From NCBI GenBank assembly GCA_963762255.1, contig CAVXKA010000002.1, positions 768,001-832,000 on the forward strand: 64,000 bases of DNA. Direction: 5' to 3'. Below the pieces are notes generated by a model. The model had not been told where the DNA came from. It did no database searches and worked only from the letters and a program-made list of their open reading frames with translations. Positions 10,056 through 20,577 of the stretch are shown here, one piece after another. Source of the stretch: Candidatus Eiseniibacteriota bacterium. Lineage in GTDB: Bacteria; Eisenbacteria; RBG-16-71-46; JABDJR01. Position 1 is the first letter of the stretch. The number at the start of each line of letters is the position of its first letter. Both the position numbers and the translations under genes were made by a program.

Positions 10056-10619
10056 ATGTTTGCTCTCTTCTGGCTCTTCGTCCTCGTCGTGCTCTTCTGG
10101 CTGGCGTTCATCTTCAACCATCTCGTCGCGCTCCGGAATCGCGCCAAGGCGGCATGGTCGGACATCGATGTTCAGCTCAAGCGCCGGCACGACCTGATCG
10201 GAAACCTGGTGGAGACGGTGAAAGGGTACGTGCAGCACGAGCGGAGCACGCTGGAAGAGGTGGTCCGGGCACGCACCGTGGCCGAGACCGCCCGTGACGC
10301 GGGGAAACCGGGGGAGGCGGGAGCGGCGGAGAACGCCCTCGGGGGGCAGGTTCGGGGGCTTTTCGCCCTGGCTGAGGCATATCCCGATCTCAAGGCCAGC
10401 GATCGATTCCTGGACCTGCAGCGCGCCCTCACCACGGTCGAGAACGACCTGCAGAACGCTCGTCGCTACTACAACGCGGTGGTGCGCGACTTCAACACAC
10501 GGGTCCAGTCGTTTCCAGACCTTCTGGTGGCGCGGCCCCTGGGTTTTCGCGAGCGCGAGTTCTTCGAACTCGATGACGCCGCCGAGGCCCAGGCCCCGCG
10601 CGTGGAGATGAAATCATGA
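10056..10619 (+). CDS. lemA: LemA family protein
   Basis: N-terminal TM; WSDIDVQLKRRHDLIGNLV, AEAYPDLKA, ARRYYN. Confidence 0.93.
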   Translation: MFALFWLFVLVVLFWLAFIFNHLVALRNRAKAAWSDIDVQLKRRHDLIGNLVETVKGYVQHERSTLEEVVRARTVAETARDAGKPGEAGAAENALGGQVRGLFALAEAYPDLKASDRFLDLQRALTTVENDLQNARRYYNAVVRDFNTRVQSFPDLLVARPLGFREREFFELDDAAEAQAPRVEMKS

Positions 10620-12379
10620 ACAGCCGCGTTCGCGGCCTGGCCTTGGTGCTCGCCCTCGCCGCCGTCACAGCGACAGCACCCCGTGCCGCCCGCGCCGACG
10701 AGAGCGCCTACGTCATCCGGCGCTTCCACACCGACCTCGCCGTGCAGGCCGACGGCCTCGTCCGAGTCGAGGAGCGGCTCGAGGTGGAGTTCGCCGAGCC
10801 CCGCCACGGCATCTACCGCACGATTCCCATCCGGTACACCGATCCCAAGGGGTACGCGTATTCGTTGGGCTTCCGGCTCCTGGACGTGCATGACGAGAAC
10901 GGCGCGATCCACAAGGCGCAGGTTAGTCACAAGGGGCGCTACGTCGACATCCGCATCGGCGACGCGAACCGCACAGTGATGGGGCGCACTGTCTACGTGA
11001 TCCGCTACGAGCTTCGCGACGCGCTCGCCCACTTCCCCAACTCCGACGAGCTCTACTGGAACGCCACCGGGAACGAATGGCGCACACCCATCGAGGTGGC
11101 CTCGGCTACGGTGCGGCTCCCCGCCGGGCTCCCGGCCGACTCGCTGCAGGCCGCGGCCTATACCGGACTCTTCGGGAGCACCGAGCGCAACGTGCGCATC
11201 GCATATCCGGGGCCGGGGGTCGTCCACTTCGAAGCTCTGGCGCCGCTGGCTCCGCTCGAAGGGCTCACCGTGGCGGTCGCATGGCCCCCCGGCTACGTTC
11301 GGGTGCCCTCCGCCGTGGCTCGAACGCAAGGGTTCTTCGGAAACAACTGGATCCTCCTCGCGCCGTTGCTCGCGCTTGGCTTTTTGTTGCGCCGCTACTT
11401 GCGAAGCGGGCGCGATCCCCGGGGGCCGGCAGCCGTGATGGTTCGCTACGAACCCCCGCCCGGCGTGACCGCCGGCGGCGTGGGAACGGTGGTGGACGAG
11501 CGGGTCGATCTCCGCGACATCACGGCCACCGTGGTGGATCTGGCGATCCGTGGATACCTCACGATCCGCGAGGAGGAGAAGGAGCTGCTATTCGGCCTCA
11601 CGACCCGACGCACCACCGTGTTCGAGCGCAAGCGGGAGAGCGCGACCGCCGGCCTTCTCCCCCACGAGCAGAAGGTGCTCAACGGGCTCTTCGAGTCCGG
11701 CGACGTGGCGGATGTCGACGATCTGAAGCAGAAGTTCTACCAACACATCCCGGCCATCCGCGATGCCCTCTACGAGCGCATGGTTGAGAAGGGGTACTTC
11801 TCCGGCAAGCCGGCCTCGGTGCGCCAGCGCTACGTGGGATTCGGGTTTCTCGCCGGCTTGGCGACGTTCGGCATCGGCGCGATCTGGGCATCCTCGCGTG
11901 GCGGGATCATGCCGAACGCGCTCGGCGTCCCGGTCGTCTCCGGAGTACTCACCGCCATCCCCTTCTTCGCCTTCGCTCCCGCAATGCCCCGCCGCACGAA
12001 GGCCGGCGTCGAACTGCGAAACTGGGCGCTGGGCTTCGAGGAGTTCGTGAGCCGGGTCGAAAAGGAGCGCATCGAGGCCGACCGCGCACAGAACGTCTTC
12101 GAGACCCTTCTACCCTACGCGATGGCACTCGGAGTCGCCGCGGCATGGGCGCGCAAGTTCGAGGGGATCTACGCCGCGGGGAGCGGACCGGCGTGGTACG
12201 TCGGCCCGCAATTCGGAAGCGGCTTCTCCACGCGCAGCTTCGAGCAGAGCCTCTCCGGCGCGATGACGCGCGCCGGACAGGGCATGGCCGCGGCGCCGCG
12301 CTCCAGTGGATCGAGCGGTGCGGGAGGCGGCGGATTTTCCGGCGGGGGCGGCGGCGGCGGTGGCGGAGGGTCCTGGTAG
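10616..12379 (+). CDS. DUF2207 family membrane protein
   Basis: HGIYRTIP, ELYWNATG, LPYAMALG, C-terminal GGGFSGGGGGGGGGGSW; typical LemA partner. Confidence 0.9.
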   Translation: MNSRVRGLALVLALAAVTATAPRAARADESAYVIRRFHTDLAVQADGLVRVEERLEVEFAEPRHGIYRTIPIRYTDPKGYAYSLGFRLLDVHDENGAIHKAQVSHKGRYVDIRIGDANRTVMGRTVYVIRYELRDALAHFPNSDELYWNATGNEWRTPIEVASATVRLPAGLPADSLQAAAYTGLFGSTERNVRIAYPGPGVVHFEALAPLAPLEGLTVAVAWPPGYVRVPSAVARTQGFFGNNWILLAPLLALGFLLRRYLRSGRDPRGPAAVMVRYEPPPGVTAGGVGTVVDERVDLRDITATVVDLAIRGYLTIREEEKELLFGLTTRRTTVFERKRESATAGLLPHEQKVLNGLFESGDVADVDDLKQKFYQHIPAIRDALYERMVEKGYFSGKPASVRQRYVGFGFLAGLATFGIGAIWASSRGGIMPNALGVPVVSGVLTAIPFFAFAPAMPRRTKAGVELRNWALGFEEFVSRVEKERIEADRAQNVFETLLPYAMALGVAAAWARKFEGIYAAGSGPAWYVGPQFGSGFSTRSFEQSLSGAMTRAGQGMAAAPRSSGSSGAGGGGFSGGGGGGGGGGSW

Positions 12380-12411
12380 CCCCCAATCGCAGAGACTGCG
12401 CGTTTTCTGTG

Positions 12412-12420
12412 TGATAAAAT
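12412..12420 (+). promoter_or_regulatory. Extended -10 promoter for the 12465 gene
   Basis: TG-A-TAAAAT about 45 nt upstream of the ATG. Confidence 0.45.
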
Positions 12421-12464
12421 GGCAATTGCTTCCCACCCCCATGCAATCACCGGGAGGGAACGCC

Positions 12465-15400
12465 ATGTCTTGCCGACGTTCGCTGGTTCTCGTCGCCGCC
12501 CTTCTCATCGCGCTTGTGTGCGTGATCCCGACCGATGCGGTTTGGGCGGGCACCCAGGATGGCTCCGCGCTCGCGCTCCACGTCAAGGCCCACACGTCCA
12601 AGAGCACGACGGCCTGCACGACGTGGGCTCCCACGATCCCCTGCTCGGACTACGTCACCGCCTGGCCGATCGGGGTGGCTGCGGACGTCTATCTGACGGT
12701 GGTTCGCGGCCAACTGGAGCCCGGCATCGCCGGCCTCTCCTGCGGCATCGACTACACCACCACTCCCGGTGCCGGAGTGGACGTCTCAGGCTACACGCTC
12801 TGTGGCGATCTGGAGTTTACGAACGCCGGGGCCAACGGCGAGTGGCCGGCTGCCGGCGGTGGTAATCGGATCGTCTGGGACAGGCTCGACAACTGCCAGC
12901 GCACGTTGATGGGTAGCGACGGCGTCCACGCCGTCGCCTGCGCGTTCTACGTCTACGCCTACAGCGAGGACCAGTTCAGGGTCATCCCCAATGCCAACCT
13001 CCAGTCGGGGCCCGAAATCATGGTGGCCGACTGCAGGTCCTCGGAATCGAGGGTAACGACCGCGGCATCCGGGACCGTGTTCTTCTCCGCCGCGGCATCC
13101 GGCGGCTGCAACCCGTGTACAGACGCGTGTGATGAGGGGAGCGCCTGTTTCGTCACCCCGAAGATCATCGACTTCGGCACCGTCGCCCCTGGAGAGAGCA
13201 TCGAGAAGAGCTTCACCATCAACAACCAGTCCACGATCGTGACGTCGGGAGCGGTCGCGGATACCTGTCCGGATTTCGAGGTCGTGTCGGGAGGCGGGTC
13301 TTACACCCTGCTGCCAGGAGAATCCCGTGAGGTCGTGGTCCGCTTCGCGCCCACCGACTGGGACGGGAGTTCCTGCATCATCTCGACTGGAGCCCTTTGC
13401 CAGGGAGTGCGGTGCGCCGGAAACCTCGGGGTGCGGTGCGAATTCAGCCCCGAATCGCTTTCCTTCGGCGAGGTCGCCCTCGGCGAATACGCGGACCGGT
13501 CGTTCACGATCACCAGTACGGGATCGGTCCCCCTTCAGGTGGGGCCGACGAGTCCCTGCAGCGAGTTCTCGATCCTGAGCGGGGGCGGGATCGGCCAACT
13601 CGATCCCGGGCAGTCCCGCACGGTGATCATCAGATTTGCCCCAACCGCCCTCGGCACGCGGACATGCTCGATCTACACAGGAACTACGTGCGTCTCCGTG
13701 CCGTGCGCAGGAACCGGAGTTTCCCGATGCCGGGTCACTCCCACGACGATCGCCTTCGGCTCGGTGCTCGCCGGTGAGTTCCTCGACCGGAGCTTCACAA
13801 TCACCAACGTGCAGGCGAGCCATACGCTTGCGGTGAATGTCAGCGCCACGTGCACAGCCTTCTCAATCATCGCCGGCGGAGGCTTCGCCATCTTGCTTCC
13901 CGGAGAGAGCCGCACCGTCACCCTCCGCTTCGCCCCGGTCACCCGCGGCAGCTACACCTGCGAGGTCCGGACAGGGTCGGCCGACTGCGGGGTCGTGACC
14001 TGCTCCGGGTCCGCTCACTTGCTGTGTACCGTGTCCCCGACCGCGCTGGACTTTGGGACGGTTCCCATCTGGTACTTTGCCGACCGAACATTCTGGATTA
14101 CAGCGACCGGCGCTGCGCAGACCGGAGAGGTGACCCTGACCGGTGAGGATTTCTCCATTCTGAGCGGGGGGGGATACTACTCGCTGGCGAAGGGCGCCTC
14201 ACGCCAGGTCGTGGTGCGTTTCCAGCCCACCACTGTCGGACTGCACACGTGCACGATCGAAACCGGCAACTCCGAGTGCGGGGGGGTGACCGGCACTGGA
14301 GAGGGCGAGCTTTCGGCCGGTTACCAGGAGAGCGCGGTCATCACCTTCCATACGAAATCGCACACGACGAAAGCGACTACTGTGTGCGTACCGGCTCAAT
14401 CGGGCGGGCCGGCCCCCACCGATATTCCATGCACCGAGTACGTGACCAGCGCGGGCACCGAGACGAACTACGACATCTACATCATGGTGGCGCGGGTCGA
14501 CGGGGAGGATGGGATTTCCGGGGCGGCCTTCGGGATCACCTACAACGGCACCATGGGGGCGGGAGCCGACGTATTCGGATGGACGAGCTGCTCCGACATC
14601 GAACAAACTGGCGCGGGATGGCCGGATGCCGGGACCGGGCTCGAGATGTCGTGGTCACCGATCGACAACTGCCAACGGACGACGCTCCCTGATCATCCGG
14701 AGGAAGGGGCAGTCGCTGCGGTCGGGGCCCTGTACGTCTATGCATACGGTGCGGACAGACTGGACCTCACCGCGCGGCAGGATGTGCCTACCCGAAACCT
14801 CTCCATCATGGACTGCGACGGTGTGGTAAGTGTCCTCTCCCCCGAACGGGTGGGGAATGTTGCCTTCTCGCCGTCGGCCCTCGAGCCCGGATACAACCCC
14901 TGCAACGACAACCCGCCTACAGCGGTTTCGATCCTGACGTTCACCGCGATCCGTGTGGACGAGGGAGCTGAACTGCGCTGGCGCACCGCCGGTCTTGAAT
15001 CCGACCACGCCGGCTTCGAGATCCATCGCGAGACCGCCACCGGCGAGCGGGTCACACTTGACGGTCCGATCGCGGTGGACGAAGAGGGCTACGCCTTCAT
15101 CGACAACGATCCCCCGTCCGTCGAGACCCGCTACTGGCTCGCCGAGCGTTCCCGCGCCGGCGACGTCACTTGGTTCGGCCCCGCGGTCCTGGCCCCCGGC
15201 GTGCCGAGCGGGATCGGGTTCAGGGTCCTGAGTGTCGGCCCCAGCCCGTTCACCACGGTGAGCCGCTTCGCGTTCCGCACCGGTCAAGACGGGCCGGTCA
15301 CCGTGCGCGTGCTCGACGCGATGGGTCGCGAGGTGGCGCGTCCACAGGACGGGGCGCTGCCGGCCGGCACGCACGACGTGACCTGGGACGGCCGTACCGC

Positions 15401-15497
15401 GAACGGACAAGCCGCTCCCGCGGGGGTCTATCTCTATCGGATCGAGACGCCCCACGGTGTCGCGTCTGGGAAAATCGTGCTCATTCGAGGAAGGTAG
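12465..15497 (+). CDS. Large secreted protein: Cys-rich domain, 4x ASH/choice-of-anchor-D Ig-like repeats, second Cys-rich domain, FlgD-Ig/T9SS-like CTD
   Basis: Signal peptide; four (D)FGxV...FTIT...GGG...L.PGES..V..RF.P repeats; tail PSPF...DAMGREV...WDG...GVYLYR...GKIVLIR; GGAGG RBS. Confidence 0.85.
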   Translation: MSCRRSLVLVAALLIALVCVIPTDAVWAGTQDGSALALHVKAHTSKSTTACTTWAPTIPCSDYVTAWPIGVAADVYLTVVRGQLEPGIAGLSCGIDYTTTPGAGVDVSGYTLCGDLEFTNAGANGEWPAAGGGNRIVWDRLDNCQRTLMGSDGVHAVACAFYVYAYSEDQFRVIPNANLQSGPEIMVADCRSSESRVTTAASGTVFFSAAASGGCNPCTDACDEGSACFVTPKIIDFGTVAPGESIEKSFTINNQSTIVTSGAVADTCPDFEVVSGGGSYTLLPGESREVVVRFAPTDWDGSSCIISTGALCQGVRCAGNLGVRCEFSPESLSFGEVALGEYADRSFTITSTGSVPLQVGPTSPCSEFSILSGGGIGQLDPGQSRTVIIRFAPTALGTRTCSIYTGTTCVSVPCAGTGVSRCRVTPTTIAFGSVLAGEFLDRSFTITNVQASHTLAVNVSATCTAFSIIAGGGFAILLPGESRTVTLRFAPVTRGSYTCEVRTGSADCGVVTCSGSAHLLCTVSPTALDFGTVPIWYFADRTFWITATGAAQTGEVTLTGEDFSILSGGGYYSLAKGASRQVVVRFQPTTVGLHTCTIETGNSECGGVTGTGEGELSAGYQESAVITFHTKSHTTKATTVCVPAQSGGPAPTDIPCTEYVTSAGTETNYDIYIMVARVDGEDGISGAAFGITYNGTMGAGADVFGWTSCSDIEQTGAGWPDAGTGLEMSWSPIDNCQRTTLPDHPEEGAVAAVGALYVYAYGADRLDLTARQDVPTRNLSIMDCDGVVSVLSPERVGNVAFSPSALEPGYNPCNDNPPTAVSILTFTAIRVDEGAELRWRTAGLESDHAGFEIHRETATGERVTLDGPIAVDEEGYAFIDNDPPSVETRYWLAERSRAGDVTWFGPAVLAPGVPSGIGFRVLSVGPSPFTTVSRFAFRTGQDGPVTVRVLDAMGREVARPQDGALPAGTHDVTWDGRTANGQAAPAGVYLYRIETPHGVASGKIVLIRGR

Positions 15498-15546
15498 CTG
15501 AGCCGGACCAAGCGTCATCCTGCCGCGCGCATGGCACCCGAGGACC

Positions 15547-16779
15547 CTACCGCGTCTCTGGCGGCAGCTCCACGCCCGCCAGCTCGGCCACGCGCAGCAT
15601 GACCGCAGCCAGCCGCGTGTCGGGCGTCGAGGCTCCGGCGGTGAAGCCCACGCGGATCGGGCCCTCGGCGGGAAGCCAGCCGGATGATTCCACGACTTCG
15701 GAGGCGCCCACCGGCTGATGGCGAATACGGTCGGCGGCGAGGCTCGTATCGTCCTCGATGTGAAAGGTGGGCACGCCGGCGCGCACCGCGATGCGGGCGA
15801 GATTGCGCGTGTTGGACGAGTTGTATCCGCCCACGACCAGCATGAGATCGACGCGCCCGCCCGACACCAGCGCCAGCATCGCGTCCTGATTCTCCTGGGT
15901 CGCATTGCAGATGGTGTCGAAGTCGCGGAAGCGATCCTCCACCGCCTGCTCCCCGCCGCGCCGGCCGATCGCCGCCTCGATCATGCGCCCGATCTCCCGG
16001 CTCTCGCTGGCGAGCATCGTGGTCTGGTTGATGAGCGCCACGCGGTCCAGATCGCGCTCGGGATCGAATCCCGGCGAGGCTCCGCGGCCCAGTTCTTCCA
16101 TCAACGCGGCGGCGGGCGCGCGTCCGTCCAGAAAGTCGCAGAGCACTCGGGCCTCTTCCGGATCGCGCACGATCAGGTACTTCCCGCCTTCGTGCAGGAT
16201 TAAGCTGCACGTGGCGCGCGTCTCGTCGTGGCCCAGGGTGGCGTGAATCACCGTGGTATAGCCCGCCTCGATGTTGCGCTTGGTGCGCAGGTGCGGCTTC
16301 AAGACCCACGGGCACGTCGTGTCGATGATCGTGCACCCGATGGCCTGCAGCCGTTGCACATCCTCCACCTCGGCGGAGAAGGCGGGGATGATGGCCACGT
16401 CGTCCGCGGTGAGCGCCTCGAATCCGCCTCCATCCGCGTAGGCGCCCTTGATGAAACGCGCGCCGCGGCGCAGAAAGTCCCGATTCACTCCCGGGTTGTG
16501 GATGATCTCGTTCAACACCCAGATGCGCTTGCCGGGATACGCCGCGATCGCGTGCTCGACGATGTCCACGGCCTTGTCCACGCCCCAGCAGAACCCGAAT
16601 CGCTCCGCGCAGGCGATGGTGAGCCGCCCGGCGGTGAGGGTGTAGCCGTGCGCGCGCAGATGATCGACCAGCGGACTCGCATAGCTCTGGCGGTCGTCCG
16701 CCGAGGAGCCCGCCTTGCCCTCGGCGGCGCCCCGCACGAGGTTCGTGCCCTTGATGATCCCGCCAGCGTCCTTCGCCAT
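15547..16779 (-). CDS. ispH: 4-hydroxy-3-methylbut-2-enyl diphosphate reductase
   Basis: FGFCWGV, IIHN, DTTCPWV, DTICNATQENQ, SSNT, TAGASTP. Confidence 0.93.
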   Translation of the reverse strand: MAKDAGGIIKGTNLVRGAAEGKAGSSADDRQSYASPLVDHLRAHGYTLTAGRLTIACAERFGFCWGVDKAVDIVEHAIAAYPGKRIWVLNEIIHNPGVNRDFLRRGARFIKGAYADGGGFEALTADDVAIIPAFSAEVEDVQRLQAIGCTIIDTTCPWVLKPHLRTKRNIEAGYTTVIHATLGHDETRATCSLILHEGGKYLIVRDPEEARVLCDFLDGRAPAAALMEELGRGASPGFDPERDLDRVALINQTTMLASESREIGRMIEAAIGRRGGEQAVEDRFRDFDTICNATQENQDAMLALVSGGRVDLMLVVGGYNSSNTRNLARIAVRAGVPTFHIEDDTSLAADRIRHQPVGASEVVESSGWLPAEGPIRVGFTAGASTPDTRLAAVMLRVAELAGVELPPETR

Positions 16780-18807
16780 CACCGCAGGTGTTTCTCGAAC
16801 CATCCCGCGATCCGGTTGAGCCGCTCCAACCGGTTCTGGGGCCGTCCGCCGCGGGAGAGACCGTGGCTCTCTCCTTCGAACCGGATGAACTCCACCTCCC
16901 GCTTCAACACCTTGAGCGCGGTGAACAGCTCCTCCGCCTGCGAGACCGGGCAGCGATGGTCCTCTTCACTGTGCACGATGAGGAGCGGGGTCTTCATGTT
17001 GCGTACGTAGTGGATGGGCGACATGCGCAGGTAGAAGAGCGCCGAGGCCTCGTCATCCCAAGGCTTGCCCGAGATCTCGCCTTCCAGATCGAAACCGTAG
17101 TCGCTCGATCCGTACATGGAGTAGAGATTCACGACGCTGCGCTGCGTGACCGCGGCCCGGAAGCGATCCGTGTGCCCAATGATCCAGTTGGTCATGAAGC
17201 CGCCGTAGGAGCCGCCGGTCACGCCGAGACGCGCGGCGTCGACATAGGGAAGACTCACCAGGTGATCGGTCACCTTCATCATGTCCACGTAGTCGGGGCC
17301 GCCCCAGTCCTTCCAGATCGTCCTGGTGAAGGCCTCGCCGTAGCCCTGGCTCCCCTGCGGGTTGGTCCAGATCACGACGTTGCCGCGAGCGGCGAGCAAC
17401 TGCATCTCGTGAAAGAAGGCATGCCCGTACATCATGTGCGGACCGCCGTGGATCTCGAGAATGGCCGGGTAGTTCTTCCCGGGCTCGAACGTCGTACGGC
17501 TTGAGAATCCAGCCCTGCACCTTCACGCCGGGAGCAGTGTCGATCCAGATCTCGTCGGGCTCGCCGATGTGATACGTCTCCCGATACGAGCGGTTGTGAT
17601 CGGTGAGGATGCGCGGCTCTCCCCCCTTCGGGAGGTCGAGCACTGCGATCTCGGAGGGGCGCGTGTGGGTGGTGGCAAGGAGAGCGAGGCGGCCCACGGA
17701 TCCATCGGCGGAGAACCCCGAGAGCCCGCGCCCGGGCGGCGTCAGGCGCGCCACGTTCCCACCCTGCGCGCCCACACGACAGAGCAACGTGCTCCCGCTG
17801 TCGCTCAGAACGAAGTACACGTGCTTGCCGTCCCGGGACCAGATCGGCGGCTCCATGCCGTCCCCCGCTTCACGGGTGTCGCCGATGATGAAGTCGCCGG
17901 CAGTGCGGCCGAGCTGCGGGGTGAGGTCTGTCGGCTCGCCCCCTGCGACCGGGATCGCCCAGACATGGGCGTCCATCCATCCCGCGGTCCCCTTCTCGCC
18001 GAAGCTCCCGAGGAAGGCGATGGTCTTGCCGTCGGGCGAGAACGAGGGCGCAGTATTGGGTCCGAAACTCTGCGTGAGCCTCGTCACCGGACCGCCGTCG
18101 GTCGGGATCGTGCAGATGTCCAGGTTGTCGTAGTTGAGGTGCGCGTCCTCGAGCCGGTTCGATGCGAACGCGATCTGCTTGCCGTCCGGAGAGAACACCG
18201 GTTGCGCGTGATCGAATTCGCCCTCGGTGAGTTGCCGCGCAACGCCGCTCGCAACATCGACCACATGAAGATGCTGGTGCGAATCGAAGAGGAAGCCCAT
18301 GCCGTCCTCTTTGAAGTGCGCCGACGTGAGGACCTTGTAGGCGTGCCGCTTGGCCAGCTCGCCTTTCTTCTCCGCCTCGCGGCGTGCCTTCTCCTCGTCG
18401 CTGATCGCCCGGAAGGCGATCACCAGACGCTTCCCGTCCGGAGACCAAGACACCGCGCCGATGGAGCCGTCCAAGTCGGTGAGCCGCTTGGCCTCGCCGC
18501 CGTCCAGCGAAAGCAGATAAACCTGCTGGCGCTTCTCGTGCCGGTTCGAGACGAACGCGAGCGTGCGGCCGTCCGGCGACCAGCGGGGCATGACGTCGCT
18601 CGAATCCCCGAAGGTGAGGCGCCTCGGCTCGCCCCCGTCAAATGGGACCAGATAAAGGCTTGTGACGTACTTGTTCTCCGCCAGCCGCGCTTCCTTGACG
18701 GTATAGGCGACGTGCTTGCCGTCCGGCGCAATCCGAGAGTCGCCGACGAAGGCGATTTCGAACAGAGATTCCGCGGTGACAGATTTTTTGCGGCCGTTGC
18801 CGGTCAT
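16779..18807 (-). CDS. S9 family acylaminoacyl/dipeptidyl peptidase, split by a 1-bp frameshift near 17490
   Basis: PD40/beta-propeller N-part (ORF 17053..18840) and catalytic part (HGGP, GGSYGG, D..C, ESH) are in different frames; removing one base gives KPYDFEPGKNYPAILEIHGGP. Confidence 0.88.
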
Positions 18808-18937
18808 TTCCGAACCTCCTCGAGGATGACATGAAGACAAACGAGAATAGCATGCGGAGACGCGCGCGGGCAGACGCCGGAGACATGCCGCGCAGATCCA
18901 TCGCTCCGCGCTCTCGCAGCGTGGACCGCGCGGCCCC

Positions 18938-18946
18938 TGCTATGAT
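18938..18946 (+). promoter_or_regulatory. Extended -10 promoter for ald
   Basis: TG-C-TATGAT upstream of the ald RBS. Confidence 0.4.
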
Positions 18947-19017
18947 TCCTCCGCTTTCTGGTCGAATCCGGCGGGTGCCGGTGGCGCACCTCGAGGGATC
19001 GCCGCAAGGAGGTTGGG

Positions 19018-20133
19018 ATGATTGTCGGAGTGCCTAAGGAGATCAAAGCGGACGAGAACCGGGTGGCCCTACTCCCCGTGGGAGCGGAGCAGCTCATCGC
19101 CCGCGGTCACAGGGTGCTGGTGGAGACGCAGGCCGGCGTGGGGAGCGGCTTCTCCGACGAGGACTACAAGGCCGCCGGCGCGGAGATCGTAAAGACCGCG
19201 GCCGAGGTGTACCAGAAGGCCGAGATGATCGTGAAGGTGAAGGAGCCGCTTGCCGCGGAGTACAAGCTCCTGCGCGACGGCCAGATCGTCTTCACCTATT
19301 TCCACTTCGCGGCGGGCGAGGAACTCACCAAGGCCGTGCGCGATTCGAAGTGCGTGGCCATCGCCTACGAGACCGTGCAGCTTCCGAGCATGGAACTTCC
19401 GCTCCTCACGCCCATGAGCGAGGTCGCGGGCCGCATGGCCATCCAGGAGGGGGCGGTGTTCCTCGAGTACCGACGTGGCGGGCGCGGCGTGCTACTCGGC
19501 GGCGTCCCCGGAGTGCTCCCCGCTGCGGTGACTATTCTCGGCGGCGGCGTGGTCGGCACTAATGCAGCCAAGATGGCGGCAGGGCTGGGCGCCGACGTGA
19601 TCATCCTCGACATCAACCTCGAGAGGCTACGCCACCTCGACGACGTCATGCCCAAGAACGTGCGCACGATGATGTCGAACCCGGCCAACATCCGCGAATG
19701 CATCTCCCGCTCCGACCTCGTGGTGGGCGCGGTGCTCATCCCCGGCGGACGGGCGCCGTGGCTCGTGACCAAGGACATGCTCAAGCTCATGAAGCAGCGG
19801 GCGGTGATCGTGGACGTGGCGGTGGATCAGGGCGGGTGCATCGAGACCACCAGGGCCACCTACCATCACGACCCGGTGTACACGGTGGACGGCGTGGTCC
19901 ACTACTGCGTGGCCAACATGCCGGGCGCCGTACCCCACACGAGCACGCTGGCGCTGACCAATGCCACCCTCCCCTACGCGCTCAAGCTGGCCGATCTTGG
20001 CTGGAAGGACGCGGTGCGCAAGAACGCTGATCTCGCGCTGGGAGTGAACATGGTGGGTGGGGAGGTCACCTACGAGGCGGTGGCGCAGGCCTTCAAGCTG
20101 CCCTACACGCCGCTCACGCAAGTGCTGAACTAG
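19018..20133 (+). CDS. ald: Alanine dehydrogenase
   Basis: [42 protein letters not shown]. Confidence 0.97.
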   Translation: MIVGVPKEIKADENRVALLPVGAEQLIARGHRVLVETQAGVGSGFSDEDYKAAGAEIVKTAAEVYQKAEMIVKVKEPLAAEYKLLRDGQIVFTYFHFAAGEELTKAVRDSKCVAIAYETVQLPSMELPLLTPMSEVAGRMAIQEGAVFLEYRRGGRGVLLGGVPGVLPAAVTILGGGVVGTNAAKMAAGLGADVIILDINLERLRHLDDVMPKNVRTMMSNPANIRECISRSDLVVGAVLIPGGRAPWLVTKDMLKLMKQRAVIVDVAVDQGGCIETTRATYHHDPVYTVDGVVHYCVANMPGAVPHTSTLALTNATLPYALKLADLGWKDAVRKNADLALGVNMVGGEVTYEAVAQAFKLPYTPLTQVLN

Positions 20134-20148
20134 ACGAGAGGAGCAACG

Positions 20149-20349
20149 GTGACCGAATCCACAGGGAAGAAGGCGTGCCTGGTCTGCCACCGGAGCGCGG
20201 ACGAGACGCCGTTGGTGCATCTGGTCTATCGCGAGAGCGTGCTCTGGATCTGCCCGCAGCACTTACCGGTCTTGATCCATCATCCGGATCAGTTGATCGG
20301 CACGCTGCCGGGGGCGGAGGGGTTGAAGCCGGCGGAGGGTCTCGACTGA
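20149..20349 (+). CDS. Small hypothetical protein, possible Zn-binding (CxxC...CxxH)
   Basis: CLVC...ICPQH; GAGGAG RBS; directly downstream of ald. Confidence 0.7.
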   Translation: MTESTGKKACLVCHRSADETPLVHLVYRESVLWICPQHLPVLIHHPDQLIGTLPGAEGLKPAEGLD

Positions 20350-20380
20350 CGCGTGGGACGGCGTGGCCGGCGGCCTCACC

Positions 20381-20416
20381 GCCGGCTGATCACCCGGGTG
20401 ATCACCCGGGTGATCA
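20381..20416. repeat. Palindromic tandem array GCCGGC-TGATCA-CCCGGG-TGATCA-CCCGGG-TGATCA
   Basis: 20387-20416 is a perfect 30-bp palindrome made of 12-bp units. Confidence 0.9.
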
Positions 20417-20527
20417 CGCATCCCGGCGGCGGCCTATCCACCAACGCCCGCTGGCAGAGTCTGGTACGTTCGCCGATGCGCCATCCCGCCTGCGGAGCTA
20501 TGCTGGACGGCGTGTGTGACTACGAAG

Positions 20528-20549
20528 GTCTTTCCAATTCACGTTAGGC
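20528..20549 (+). mobile_element. Integron cassette left junction (core site GTTAGGC), possible attI
   Basis: GTTAGGC at 20543-20549 is the exact complement of the GCCTAAC that opens the downstream attC; no attC hairpin precedes it. Confidence 0.65.
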
Positions 20550-20577
20550 CGCCAGCCATAATCATAGGAGGAGAACA

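Noticed and set aside
20381-20416. CRISPR-like or cloning-linker interpretation of the alternating BclI/SmaI hexamers
   Set aside because: No spacers or cas genes; degenerate natural copies occur at several loci, arguing against a synthetic linker
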